Shown here piece after piece: positions 26,005 through 40,021 of a stretch of DNA of 64,000 nucleotides; within the stretch, counting starts at the first letter, position 1; the number at the start of each line of letters is the position of its first letter. The stretch covers positions 11,029,125 through 11,093,124 of the forward strand of contig NC_068985.1 of assembly GCF_001194135.2 (NCBI RefSeq), written 5' to 3'. Under the pieces are notes generated by a model that ran no database searches, was not told where the DNA came from, and saw nothing but the letters and a program-made list of their open reading frames with translations. Source of the stretch: Octopus bimaculoides. Taxonomy: Eukaryota. Both the position numbers and the translations under genes were made by a program.

Positions 26005-26005
26005 N
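25510..26005. repeat. Compound (CA)n/(TA)n/(TATG)n microsatellite, representative of many such tracts flanking N gaps
   Basis: Direct reading; similar tracts at 3830-4010, 7940-8090, 23095-23320, 32760-33030, 41370-41525, 45990-46170, 55530-55750, 60110-60290 and elsewhere. Confidence 0.98.
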
Positions 26006-26656
26006 NNNNNNNNNNNNNNNNNNNNNNNNNNNNNNNNNNNNNNNNNNNNNNNNNNNNNNNNNNNNNNNNNNNNNNNNNNNNNNNNNNNNNNNNNNNNNNN
26101 NNNNNNNNNNNNNNNNNNNNNNNNNNNNNNNNNNNNNNNNNNNNNNNNNNNNNNNNNNNNNNNNNNNNNNNNNNNNNNNNNNNNNNNNNNNNNNNNNNNN
26201 NNNNNNNNNNNNNNNNNNNNNNNNNNNNNNNNNNNNNNNNNNNNNNNNNNNNNNNNNNNNNNNNNNNNNNNNNNNNNNNNNNNNNNNNNNNNNNNNNNNN
26301 NNNNNNNNNNNNNNNNNNNNNNNNNNNNNNNNNNNNNNNNNNNNNNNNNNNNNNNNNNNNNNNNNNNNNNNNNNNNNNNNNNNNNNNNNNNNNNNNNNNN
26401 NNNNNNNNNNNNNNNNNNNNNNNNNNNNNNNNNNTAATGCGGGGCGTAACGGAAAGCGCAGAGTGGAAAGAACCGCTAGGTTAATTAATTAACATTAGAT
26501 CCTGTTGGAATGCAATGATGAGTGAGTGTAATTTATATGTTTGCATTGACATCTACAGCCGTTTTACGAAATTAGTGAAACTCATCTATTACTTAAAGTC
26601 AAACGTCCACTGATTTCGGAACGACAATATGATATAGAATTTGATAAATGAACATA

Positions 26657-26731
<75 letters not shown>

Positions 26732-29700
26732 TATAAGAGGTATTGGCGTCAAGAAGACCCAAAGTTGTCATGTAATGCCGAGCAAGTGCTCTGGACAGAT
26801 TATAGTTAAGCTCCTGGTTCGATAATCATGCGAATGACGAGTCCAACGTAGCTCGTGTATTAGCAAGCATATATATAAAAATTAACAAAATGAGATAAAA
26901 AATGTTTAAGTAATAGTTATAATGGAGAAGATATGAAATACAGACTGAACTGGAGAAGTAAAAACAGACGTGAGATACGTAAGGATATTGTATTTGCAGT
27001 ACCATTGTTTAAGCAGAATGGTGTATATATAAGCTTCCTGCACCTTGTGTGTGAGTTCCAATGATGTTTATTATTGGTCATCCCGAACATAGAGTCTTGT
27101 AAACGGTGTTATTCGATCGAGGGTTTTTTTGAAGTGATTTAACATTTGAGAATGTGTTTGTAATACTGCTACAAACACTAGATCAAATCTTTAGAGGTGG
27201 GTCAGTGAATGTACCCTTTACTACATCTAGTTCTACACTGAACTTCCAAACTAATCTTAATATTTTAAACCTTACAAAAGAAGTTTCTCAACAATTATGC
27301 TGGCGGTAATTCTAAAAACAGCATGGTCTCCTTTAACGTTTGAAAATAATTCATCCAAATAACAGGTATCTGGAACATTGCATTCACTGATGTAACATAT
27401 TCCGGGTAATTATTCCTACAGCGAATTTTTTCCGTCCATCTTTTAATTATGAACTCCTGCTTCTCAACTGCAGCCGATTCGTTCGGACCTTCGTCAACAA
27501 GATCTTCACCAGATTTTCAGAGAGTCTGTTTCATTTGCATTTTAAACTGGCAGTTTTTTTAGCAGTATTGCCATTGAAAAAATTCCTCTGAATCTCCTCT
27601 CCGCTTTTTAAAATGCTTCACAGCATCGACTAGATAAATCTCCCCGAGACCTCACAGTATTCCACTGCATCAGGCTCAACATCTCTCTCGCATATAGACG
27701 CCAACTCCTTCAAATCGACAAAAAAATCTAACCCTGAGAATATCCTTCTATTACCCTCAAACGATGTGCCATATAGGTTGTCTTTTTTCTTACCGAACGG
27801 TACAACCTCCTCTTATCGATATATCCTCATATTTCAAGCCCCACTACATCGTATCATATCCCCAGCGAAGAGAAACAGAACGAAAGTTGCGAAACAGAAA
27901 ACCAAATCCATGACTTTCTTTAGATGAAATTTAAAATGTAGTTGCGTATCACAACTACACATCCCTATGTACGTTCCAACGTATTTATACAGCCTCTTCT
28001 CATTGCATTTCATTTTATATCCAGATACGTTCGATGCATTGCATTAGTCTTCTGCTCCATATGACGGTTATTTTCGTTGGCAGATATTAACAGGGATCAG
28101 CGAAAAATTGTTCGCTAAAATTATATACAAAATCATCTTGATCTTCTTTCATATTTGAGTGTCTCCATATCAACATAAATGAAAACCTGTATGTTACCGG
28201 TACCACCTTCTTCAAATCCTACTTTCTGCAACATTTGCTCAAGGGTGTTGCTGACGGATACTGCTTCGTCATCTTTTCTGTGTAATATCTTCAACAGGTT
28301 TGGATAAGAGATTAACATAACCTAAACGATAAAGATGTTCACCTGATTGCCTTACACCATAAATATATTTTATCGGTTACCTCATATAATTATTTGCAGA
28401 ATGGTTTGAAATGTTTGTTTATTCTCAATATCTGTTACAATCAAACTTCGAAGATAATGTGGCTCGTACATGCAAGTATCTTTGATACTTAAGCTCTATT
28501 GATGCCTTTGTTTTTGGTGGAATGGAAATGAATTCTAAAAAAAAAATGAACATTTAGGTAGAATCGAAATCTGAAATACAGCTAAGATTCGTATCAAATT
28601 GTAGAGAAGAGTTTTTCTCCAAATTATTTCGCTCGGTTACGTTTGGGAGCAGGACAAACAAGTTACTTTTTAGATCTGCGCAGATCAATATTGATTTTCA
28701 GGCAGCATTTATTGCTATTACAGTATGAAAAATAGTAGAAAAATAAAATCTATGGACTTACATTTCAGATATCCTGTGACTTTTGTTCCTTACAACAACA
28801 TGTAACCAACTTTCTTTGCTTTAAACTCCGTTGCTTTTATTCCACCTTTCAGTTGAAAAGATACAGAAGTTATGTTTTTCCAAAATAGCCCGCATGCATC
28901 TATGTAAAAACTGGATTTGTTGGATAATTACGTCTTTCCATTCACCTGCTGATTTCGTGTTATCCGAATGCTGTTTGTATGAGAAACAGCACATGTACAG
29001 TGATGTGAATATTTTTCTTTCCAATTTAATACAGAGTATTTGTTATTTGTACTCCAGCAGGTATATTTTGAAATATTTAAAGAAACTACTGAGTAAATAA
29101 TTAATTCCAAAGTTGTTTCTATTCGATAAAGATTTTTGCACAATTTCGACAATGGATTATAATGAGATACTTTCAAGTGTGTCGTTAGTTATTTTATTTT
29201 GTTTGTGAGCGATAATATATCATCAGTGAATATAACAATATTCTCGATGGATACATACACTCACACAGATACACACACACGCACACAAAGGTGTACGCAT
29301 AGAAAAAAGAAATCGAGTGAGAGAGAGAAAGAGAGAAAGAGGGAGAGAGAAATAGAGATAAAGAAATAGAGGTAGAGACAGAGACAGAGAAAAGAGGATA
29401 GAAAAGTGTTTGACAAGTATTCAAGGAAGTTGTATTTTGAAATCTGTAGGAATTGTAGAAGAAATTTTAAAAGAGAAATTACGAAGTTTTTCAATATTTT
29501 GCTCATTTCATATGCAACCAATATTTCTGAGGTGTTCCGACACTGAAGTTGCTGCTGATGCAGACTACAGATAAAACGGATGCTTACATTCAGAAGTCTG
29601 AATATAAGAATAACAGCAAAGAAGACAATATTTTAAAATTTATTCAATGAGGTTGTCAATAATTTCTGGAGCAATTACAAAGCGAGGAATTACAGTTCTA

Positions 29701-30137
29701 TACTGAGAACTGAATGAAAGTTATATTGAAGCATCGAATGAATAATAATGCACTTTCTGCACATTTATTTCAAATTCTTTCAATCGAAACATTTTACTCT
29801 TACAGAGAATCCATCAAGGCTTGCATATGATGGAGGAGCGATATTAGCGAACGTGAAACTAAGCCATTTTGTCTGACAACTTTTGAAACCTGGTTCAAAA
29901 ATATAACGTTGACCACAAGTGGCAATGAAAGTCCAGTGTTAACATTTTGATCCATTGTATCATCATACTTTTCCCAAATTCGCTGCATTAATACTGAAAG
30001 GCTAGTTATATTATACATTTTTTTAAATATTTATATTATGCAATGAAAATTAGAATAAACTATGTTGCAATAAATACCGACTTCATATTTAATGTGCAAA
30101 ACTTTTTTAGTTTAAAATAGAAATACTATTATTTCTA

Positions 30138-30301
30138 AAGCGCAGGATTGCCTGTGTGGTAAGTAGCTTGCTTACCAACCACAATGCTCCGGGTTCATTC
30201 CCACTGCGTGGCACCTTGGGCAAGTGTCTTCTACTATAGCCTCGGGCCGATCAAAGCCTTGTGAGTGGATTTGGTAGATGGAAACTGAAAGAAGCCCATA
30301 G

Positions 30302-30356
<55 letters not shown>

Positions 30357-30555
30357 CTGTGTTTGTTCCCCCACCATCTCTTGACAACCGATGCTGGTGT
30401 ATTCACGTCCCCGTAGCTTAGCGGTTTGGCAAATGAGCCCGATAGAATAAGTACTAGGCTTACAAAAGAATAAGTCCTGGGGTTAATTTGTTTGACTAAA
30501 GGCAGTACTCCAGCATGGCCGTAGTCAAATGACTCAGACGAGTAAAAGAGTAAAC
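30138..30555 (+). mobile_element. SINE family A copy
   Basis: Full head, internal (TA)n(GT)n, tail. Confidence 0.92.
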
Positions 30556-30601
30556 CTCTCAACGAGAAATATTCAGTAACAATTCTTTAAAGTGAAAGTT
30601 C

Positions 30602-31084
30602 TTTGCCAACATAATGTGGCTGTCCTGAAAGGGACGATTGTTACTGTTGTTTAGCCCCAGGAAACATCGTTTCCAACTGGCTATACGACACAATATCTGT
30701 GTCCTTATATTTTCGAACAGGGTGTCCAACACTTCCATCCACCACATCCAGCACTGTTCCTGTATATCTCTTTGTGAGAGATTTAGAAATATTATTTCTA
30801 TTCTAGTAGATCAGTGACCGTGTGTCACTTTGAAAGCCATATATTTGCGAACGGTGAGTTCAGCAGCGCCACCTAGTCAAGCAGCTACTTTGTGTTGATA
30901 AAGAGGAATAACCCAGAAACCGGTCCACAGCTGTTGTTCTACGCTGGATGGGAATGCTGGACTCACTGTTCGAAAATATAAGGACACAGATATTGTGTCG
31001 TAAAGCCAGCTGGAAACGATCTTTCCTGGGGCTAAACAACAGTAATAATCGTCCCTTTCAGGACAGCCACATTATGTTGGCAAA
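30602..31084. mobile_element. MITE with ~120-140 bp terminal inverted repeats
   Basis: 30602-30720 is the near-perfect reverse complement of 30966-31084; related copy at 61476. Confidence 0.9.
30864..30879 (-). promoter_or_regulatory. CTCF-like motif inside the MITE
   Basis: Minus strand TGACTAGGTGGCGCTG vs CTCF core CCACTAGRKGGCGC; motif match only. Confidence 0.3.
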
Positions 31085-31474
31085 TAATCTTTACTTTGTT
31101 AGTTTGTACAACGTAAAATGATTTTCGTATTCACTTACAATATTACGAGAAACCACAAGAAAGGAAACCTTTCTAAAAACATATTTTACTTAATGTTGTT
31201 AGTGTGACGTGCGGAAAGCCTTAAAATGCCATCGAATTTGCATGCGTGCATAATACTCGTCTTTCGCTAACTCATTTTGCTTAACCCTACCTATCCAGAT
31301 TTTCCAGATTTATATAAATATCTTCTATTACAAGACACAAAAACGTCATTGGTATGTACATATACTTTTCTTAGCATATCTCGTATCCTACTTTGTGCGT
31401 CACTTGATCTCTTTTGCCAAATGCTCATTTTCAAACTGTGCCACAAGGCCAGCGATTTCGGGGAATGGTTAAAG

Positions 31475-31642
31475 TAAATATGATCGACTCCAGTACTCAA
31501 CTGGTATCAATGTTATCGATTCAGAAAGGTTGAGTGGTAACGTCAACATCATCCGAGTTTTGAACACAGAAAGTAAAAACGAACTCAATGTCGCTAGGAG
31601 GTTTATTCAGCGGGGTTGCGATTCCGTCAGCTAGCCGCCTTC
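31475..31642 (-). mobile_element. Old SINE family B copy
   Basis: ATCGACTCCAGTACTCAACTGGTA and GCGATTCCGTCAGCTAGCCGCC head remnant. Confidence 0.65.
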
Positions 31643-31647
31643 AAACG

Positions 31648-31681
<34 letters not shown>

Positions 31682-32128
31682 CCATATTCATGTATTAACC
31701 TATCTACCTACCATTCCACGTTTCTAGGTCCCCCTCTCTCTCTCTATGTATATATATACATATATATATATATATACACACACACATGCAGTTATGTATA
31801 TATATGTGTGTATGTATATGTACATATATATACATATGCTTTCCCTGATGAGAAGGTTACAATTTTAATATCAAAGATCCCTATGGATCACACAGGTTGT
31901 AATCCTTTGAAACATATGTAGGAATAAAGTATGCAATTATAACATGCGTTTTCTCCATTCCTTAAATTCTTAAATATACTCAAATACCCAAAATTTCAAG
32001 GAGTTCCTGCCTTAAAAACAGGAACTAAACCACAGTTATTTTGTGTTCTTTGCTACATTGGTTTCTATTAACCCATTTATTCTATCAGAAAATTTTTTAT
32101 TCATTAAGATAGAAGAAATACACATAAT

Positions 32129-32159
<31 letters not shown>

Positions 32160-32194
32160 TTATGTGTAATATTTGTACATACAAATACGTGTGT

Positions 32195-32400
32195 ATTGGT
32201 TTCATATTTTGGCAGAAGTTCCGCAATTTTGGAGGAAGGAGTAAATCAATTTCATCGACCCCAGTGCTCAACCGATACTTATTTTCTGGGCCGCGATAAG
32301 GATGAAAGGTAAAGTTGACCTCTGTGGAATTTGAACTCAGAACGTAACGACAAACCAAATACTGTTAAGCATTTTAACGATTCTACCAGCTTGCCGTCTT
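32195..32400 (-). mobile_element. SINE family B copy
   Basis: Family-B body with small deletions. Confidence 0.82.
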
Positions 32401-32767
32401 GCAAACACCTATATATTAATATGATGTCCTTGATAGTATATATTTCTTCGATTTCACTACCTGCCTTTATGATGCAACGCAATATGTGCAATGGCATGTT
32501 AATCATAAGTTATCGATATTTCTTCATTTCATTGTTTTTGCAGAGATTAAATTCTATATTTGTTTGAAAATCGATTATCGAGTATTTTTCTACCTAATTG
32601 TTTATTTTCATAGCTAGAAATATTTCGATATTTCTGGATTGAATAAGTTGTTTTAAAGATTGATTCATTCAGTACCGGGTTTTAAGACTTAATAGCATCT
32701 TTATATATTCAACAAATACACGCACGCATACATGCGTATATATTGAAACATACCTCGCTCCGTGTGT

Positions 32768-32816
<49 letters not shown>

Positions 32817-33652
32817 GTGTGTGTGTGTGTGTGTGTGTGTGTGTACATGTATCTATTTTTACGTGAATATGTACGTGAATGCATGTCTGTCTTTAAATAA
32901 ATATGCATACATATATGCGTATGTATATGTATATATACATATACATATTTATTCATGCATACATACGAACATATACACAAACACACACACACACACATCT
33001 ATGTATGTATATATGCATATATAAATAAACATATATATGTGGCATGTCTGAACAAAATGTGTTAGCCTGGATAATTGCGTGTTGCTGTCACTTTCGCCCT
33101 GTGGATTTTCTCATCATTCCATCCAGCATTGCTTTACATATATTTTCTGGCATAATCTAAACAAAGAAAAGAAATGCGGAAAGATTTATAATGAAGATTT
33201 TTGTAGTTGAAATTACAATATGAATAAGTAATCCATTTTCCAATTGGTCTTCAGTGGAATCGTTACGAAAATATTTACCTGTAATATGATTAAACAATAT
33301 CAGTGTTTTTAGGAAATGTATTTATTAAGGGAGACTTATTAATTTTCTCTTAATAAATATTCATGCAGGTTTTAGATTATGGCACATCTTTGAGTTCTCC
33401 ACAACATTATCTTCCAAATTATGTTTCAGCCGAGAGGAATGTGAAGGGCGAGCCGATGAATTATCCTCAGCATAAATTTTACGACCACCTACCGACTCCG
33501 AAATCGTTTTGATTGTCTTCGATGAAATTAAGTCTAGTAGGGAATTAACAATGAAATGCTGAGCCTCAGAATCAGGAAATAAAGAATTTACTTGTAATGA
33601 GGGAGGTACTAGGATCCACTCCCAACTTTCTCACATTTTGTCTATTTTTCTT

Positions 33653-33880
33653 ATTTCTTTATTGTCCACAAGGGGCTAAACATAGAAGGAACAAACAAGG
33701 ACAAACAACCGGATTAAGTTGATTACATCGACCCCAGTGCGTAACTGGTTCGTATTTAATCGACCCCGAAAGGATAAAAGGCAAAGTCGACCTCGGCGGA
33801 ATTTGAACTCAGAACGTAACGGCAGACGAAATACCGCTAAGCATTTCGCCCGGTGTACTAACGTTTTTGCCAGCTCGCCA
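33653..33880 (-). mobile_element. Young SINE family B copy (long-tail variant) with 32-bp target-site duplication
   Basis: Flanks 33621-33652 and 33881-33912 are direct repeats with 2 mismatches. Confidence 0.93.
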
Positions 33881-35383
33881 CCCAACTTTCTCACATTCTG
33901 TCTACTTTTCTTTGAAAGGAGTTATGTTTTGTTATATTATTTTCAGATTAGAATCTATCCTCAGGTTTTTTTCTCAGACTAACAATCCCAAATCAACTCG
34001 TCATGAACTTTTAAAATGTTTCAGGTGAATGAAAAATGTAGAAGTAATCCCACTATGTGCCTCTCGCGAAAACTTGATTGTCTCTGTACGGCTAACTTTG
34101 CAATTCATCCAAAAATGAATTCCAACAGAAAATGTTACCATTGTTTCAAGTCATCTATGCTCTAACTACTTTACCTGAACAAGTACATCAACAGTTAAAA
34201 TTCACGTTTATCAGAAATGTTGATTGATGTTTCGAGGCATCCAAAGACTTGTTTCAGTTTTACCGAGGAATTCTTTCATTAAATGCAATATAGAAAAAAA
34301 GTTACTATTTGTTTTACTAGTATAATATACTTAATCAAAACATAATCATCAACATCTTATAATTGCTCATATATTTACTAGTACCTGTAGAAAACAACAA
34401 TATTATTGTGATAAAGATAGACAAAAGACTTCAGCACGGTTTTGCAGTTGAAATATGATTTACCTTGGTGATATCACTAACAGTCATATTCTAATATTCT
34501 GTGATTGCCTGGTTTGTTTTATCCAACAAGGCTACATCCACGATGGAGCCCCGCCTTCAATTTAATTATCACATTATCTCTCTGATATGCCAGCAAATAA
34601 AATTTTACAATATCAAAATATCATTTCTTTAGGTAACTAATATGCTTCTCATGAAGTTAGGAAAGATTTAATTTACGATTTTCCCCCACGGCACTACATC
34701 ATGATTATCTTTATCTCGAAGTTATTACCGATCAGAATATTCATTTTAGAAATAAGCATTTCACTGAGTTTGTAAAGTTATGAGACCAATGTGGCAGTTA
34801 TTCCGCCTTTTTTTAGTACCATACCAGTTAAATAAATATATATGCCAGGTAAAACGGACATGTATTAAAGATTCTTCTGAACGCATGAACTTCGAAACGC
34901 AAAATAACTGAAGCATTCATTAGTAAATTCAATTTTCAAAGCATTGAATATTTTCTGACATTTAGTGAAGATTGGAATTGAAAACACAATTTTTTTCACC
35001 TCCATTACCAATAAACTGTCCACTGTTATATTTTCTACTCTAACCAGAAGCTTGACAAACTGAGGAAAAATAGAAATAACACCAAAATTTACATTGATGA
35101 TGTTGCTATTTCAAAGTCATAATACTCCGTGAAATATTTAATGCAAAATATGTTACATTCAACTTAACTTTTTTCTTACATCTGTCACTTTTCATTATAA
35201 TGTTTGTCATACATAGTAATGCGTGTAAGAAACATGACTAGCACATCTTTGGTAAAGTTTGTTGAGTTAGTGACTTGTTTTCCGAAAAACTCTTTAAATC
35301 TTGTCTTTCTTAAGTTTAACAAAGTTTATGACTGGTTTTGGTGCATACTGAGTGTTTTACATTATGTAATTATGCATATATAG

Positions 35384-35571
35384 ATGCGCAGGAGTGGTTG
35401 TGTGTTAAGAAGCCTGCTTCCCAACCACATGGTTCCGGGTTCAGTCCCACTGTGTGGCACCTTGGGCAAGTGTCTTCTTCTATAGCCAAGAACCAACCAA
35501 AGCCCTGTGAGTGGATTTGGTACACAGAAACTGAAAGAAGCCCATCGTNNNNNNNNNNTATATATATGCGT

Positions 35572-35612
<41 letters not shown>

Positions 35613-35815
35613 AGTCTGTGTTTGTTCGTCCACCACCATCGCTTGACAATCAATGTTGCTTTGTTTATGTCCCTGTAACTTAGCGGTTCTGCAAAAGAGA
35701 GCGATAGACTAAGTACTAGTTTTACAAAGACTAAATCCATGGGTCAATTTGTTCGACTAAGGGCGGTGCTCCAGCATGGTCGCAGTTAAATGACTGAAAT
35801 AAGTAAAAGAATGAA
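35384..35815 (+). mobile_element. SINE family A copy
   Basis: Full head, internal microsatellite with gap, tail. Confidence 0.92.
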
Positions 35816-36603
35816 AAAATAAAATGAATGTTTGTCATGACAAGTGTATTAGATTTCGATAATTTTAAAATGCATATAAGGTCTATATATTATCATATCC
35901 ATCTTCACAATTATACCATCCCACGCTCTCTCAAATATATAATTACTAATATTCATACAAACAAAAAAAAGAAAAAAAAGAAAGGGGAAAAAAAGGGAAA
36001 AAGGGAGGCTGCACGTATAACACATGACTTAGAAGCAGCGCTACGGATGTGCCAGCACATCCGAGATTGACATGGCCGACCTCATGCCCTTATCTTGAGG
36101 AATTCCGGGAGGAGCTTCGTGAGACCACTGCTGAGACCCTTCCGAAAAAAAAAAACAAAGAAAGGCCGTTGGATTACCGATTATAGCAGCGATTCCATCA
36201 ATTCCTAGGGATATTTGAAAAAGGAAATTTATTCCGAAATATCATATCAGACTCTGGATGATTAAATTACATCAGTTATTATAGTCCATTGTTTGTATTA
36301 TGGCACATTGTTGTGTCATTCGATATATTCTATTCCATACATTGTTAATTTCACAATTTCACATAACAGCATTTCCCCCTGATGGTATTTAAAATTCATT
36401 GTAATCCTATTAAATAAATAATTACTTATTAGGTTCTCACTGAAATACTATTTACGCTAATCTGCATCTTAATTGTTCCAGAGATAATTTGTTAGACAGC
36501 CGTAAAAAGATAATATATTCTGCCACAGTTCAAGTTCAATTAATTGAATTTTTCTTTCCAAGTGTTCAAGGCACATCTCATTTCCAACAGAATAATTGCC
36601 AAA

Positions 36604-36844
36604 TAGGCGAAGGAGTAGCTGTGTGGTAAATAGCATGCTTATCAACCACCAGGTTTCGGGTTCATTCCCACTGCATGGCACCTTGGACAAGTCTCTTCTA
36701 CTATAGCCTGGGGACCGACCAAAGCCTTGTGAGTGGATTTGGTAGACGGAAATTGAAAGAAGACTGTCGTATATATATATATATATNNNNNNNNNNNNNN
36801 NNNNNNNNNNNNNNNNNNNNNNNNNNNNNNNNNNNNNNNNNNNN

Positions 36845-36877
<33 letters not shown>

Positions 36878-37091
36878 TTGTGTGTTTGCGTTTGTCCCCC
36901 CAACGTCTCTTGACAACCGATGGTGGAGTGTTTGCGTCTCCGTAGCTTAGCGGTTCGGCAAAACAGCCGGATAGAATAAGTACTAGGCTTACAAAGAATA
37001 AGTCCTGGGGTTGATTTGCTCGACTAAAGACGGTAATCCAGCATGGCCGCAGTCAAATGACTGAAACAAGTAAAAGGGTAAAAGAGTAAAG
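36604..37091 (+). mobile_element. SINE family A copy
   Basis: Full head, internal microsatellite with gap, tail. Confidence 0.92.
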
Positions 37092-37625
37092 TGTTCAAAT
37101 TATCAATTACGCTGTGGGTGAGAGAAAACAGGCCGAAACATAGAGAAGTCGAAATTCCTGTTGTTTTACAGGAACTCATCTCATTTATCAACTTAACGAC
37201 CATTATCGCTCGTACTCTTAAGTGGTCTCTCAAATTCCTCTATATCAAATTCCTCTATATCAAATTCCTCTGACAGACGAAGAAAAATTGAAAGATGATG
37301 CATAATGATGAATGGAAAACAAAATCTAACGTGTAAAAACCTAAGATTAGTAACACCCAAAACGCTTTAGGCTGATCGGTTAAATATTAAAGCTTACATA
37401 TACAGATTGCAGATTATATCATGTAAAGAACTTGACAAAAATTGCCAACTAAAGATACATTTGTCTCAATTTGTCGTTATTCAGAAAAGAATTGAAACGA
37501 TTTACGTTACCTATCGAGATATGGTGAAAATATCCATACGCTATTTGTCTTACCGCAAGTTATGTACTTCTCACGAGGATATGAAAAGTAGATTTAAATG
37601 ATGACGAGTTGTTTCAACACAATGA

Positions 37626-37694
<69 letters not shown>

Positions 37695-38721
37695 CCTACC
37701 TACCTACCTACCTACCAAGCTACCTACCTACCAAGCTACCTACCTACATAAATAAATACATAAGTTTATAGTTTAAGTATATACGAACATTCTAGATGTA
37801 CAATTATATGCATGAGAAGACATATATAAAGCAGAACGTACATAACTGCATATATATATATATATATACATGCATACAAAAATACCCTGTTGTTGATGTT
37901 AAAATTTCCACTTGTATCTAGGTTAGAAACTGGCTCTTTCTCTATTAGCAAGAAATCTTGAAACAGAAATGAATAATGTCATACATACATAGTAATATTA
38001 ATACCAAAAGGAAGCAGTTATATCCAACTTAATATGGATTCACTGTTAAAAATTGCTTTTTAGTATTAATACTGCTGCTGTCGCTAATAATAAATTACTA
38101 ATAAGCTTCTGGTTATCTGCGATATCAGTGTTTGAGCGGTCACTGAAATTCTTCGTATCGCTGGCTTTGAGATTTGACTGGTATGCGGACCTCTTGTAAG
38201 TAGAGACTTGCATGGAGATAATCTTTACTGTGGGACGAGATCATACAGCTTTACTAAGAACTTTACTCATCCTTACAACATCAGCAATGAAAATAGACAA
38301 TATTTTGTTGACGTCATAAGAACTTATAAACCTAGGAGAAAAAAACTAATTTGAAAATTAGCAGGTGTTTTGTATTCCGTAATATTATAGGTAACTAAAG
38401 AGTTGACCTGACTAAGGGAAAAAAAAAAAGCATTGTTCGACACCTATTAATAGATGTTACAGTCTTCTATAGTCTCAAGTTGCTACTTACCCTATCCAAT
38501 ATATTTCGACTTGTTTTCGAACCCACACTGTAAAATTCTATAAATAATTGCTAAAGGATAATTATGGTACGCTGCCAATGTTGCCATTCTGCCATGTTGC
38601 TATATGTCATTTACAGTTTCCAATTAACTGCTTCATTGTATTTAGATATCTCGCACAATGAATTATTCACACTCGTTTATCAGACCGTTGTGGATAGAAA
38701 ATGAATAATTAGCTTGTGAGT

Positions 38722-38752
<31 letters not shown>

Positions 38753-40021
38753 GTTAAATTGGTTCAGACGTCTGTGTTAAAATATAATACACCTAGAAAG
38801 AAACAAGTGAAAAATATTTCATCCCGTTTAGAATTGAATTCTATAAACCGAGAATAAGTAGGGATGTTTGTTTCGGCGCCGGCAAATTAATAATACAAGA
38901 AATATATATTTATATTTTATTATGCTTCGAAGTAAATCATTACAAATTAATGTCGAAAATTAGGAAAGTGCTTTGTAAATGTTGCAAATAAGTGCGTAAA
39001 TAAATACAATTTTATATATTGCTATCTTTTAATATCATATAACTGAAATATTTGTCACGAAGTTATTTTGGCAGTGTCTTTGTTTCAGAAATAAAAAAAT
39101 ATCGCATTTGATTTGCTTCTTCCTCGGTATTTCCTAATTAAAATTATGGGAAGAGTTTTTAAACACTTCACTAAAGTATACTACATTATACGATAATATT
39201 GTAACATGCAGGAAAATTGCTATACTTATGTTTGGTTTAATTCTGAAGTGTCTGTGTCATTTTCAGAGGCAAAACGAAACAAGATAACAGAGATAGTGGT
39301 TTTATTAACGGCATATAACATCAATCAAAATATCAATATTTCACAACTAGCATATACCTGATGGTAGAGTACAGAATGTTCAAACTATTTACTTCCTTCT
39401 GTCAGTGCATGTGGTTCATTGAATTTAGAACTTTCTCAGTATTTTGCTTATTATTTTCGACGGGAAAAAGTGAGATCTCTATTGATACGCGTAAATATTT
39501 AGCATGAAATAACACACGTCTTCATTGATAATCTGATCACTCTCTTAAAAGAATATATTTGACTCAAACATTGTGTCACTTTTTAATAAAATTCTTATTA
39601 CCTGCTTTTATCTAAATCTCTTTTAATAAAAGTAATTTATTGAATTTCCCTGAGTCTCAAAATTGCTAAAAACCTCCATGATAACATTCAAAATAATACA
39701 TCTTGATGCTACTTGTGTCATACATTATTTGATAAAAAGGTTTCATCTCCTTTCCTGTCTCATCTTAAAGAATGAAGAGCCATAAAATAATATAAACGAA
39801 CACGTTCGAATTATTATGAGTCGATTTTACATGCTATAATAACATGCATGTGATTCGTGCATGTAGGCTAATATGAGAAAGATGGGTTCTTTCCTTTTAT
39901 TTCTCCAGAACTGAATGTCTTTACTAGGGCAGGATATATCAAGAAAGAACAATACCCCAAGACATGGAAAATAGTGGCAGACAAGTTTTTGCCAAAGTTG
40001 CAAAACATTTATTCTGCTGTT

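Noticed and set aside
22542-26492. Long ORFs of YI/CV/HT dipeptides and X runs (here and throughout the ORF track)
   Set aside because: They are translations of microsatellites and N gaps.
37235-37275. Short tandem duplications (also near 3715-3775, 40645-40680, 41615-41645) as CRISPR-like or regulatory arrays
   Set aside because: Only 2-3 adjacent units with no spacers; ordinary slippage. No CRISPR array is present in the window.
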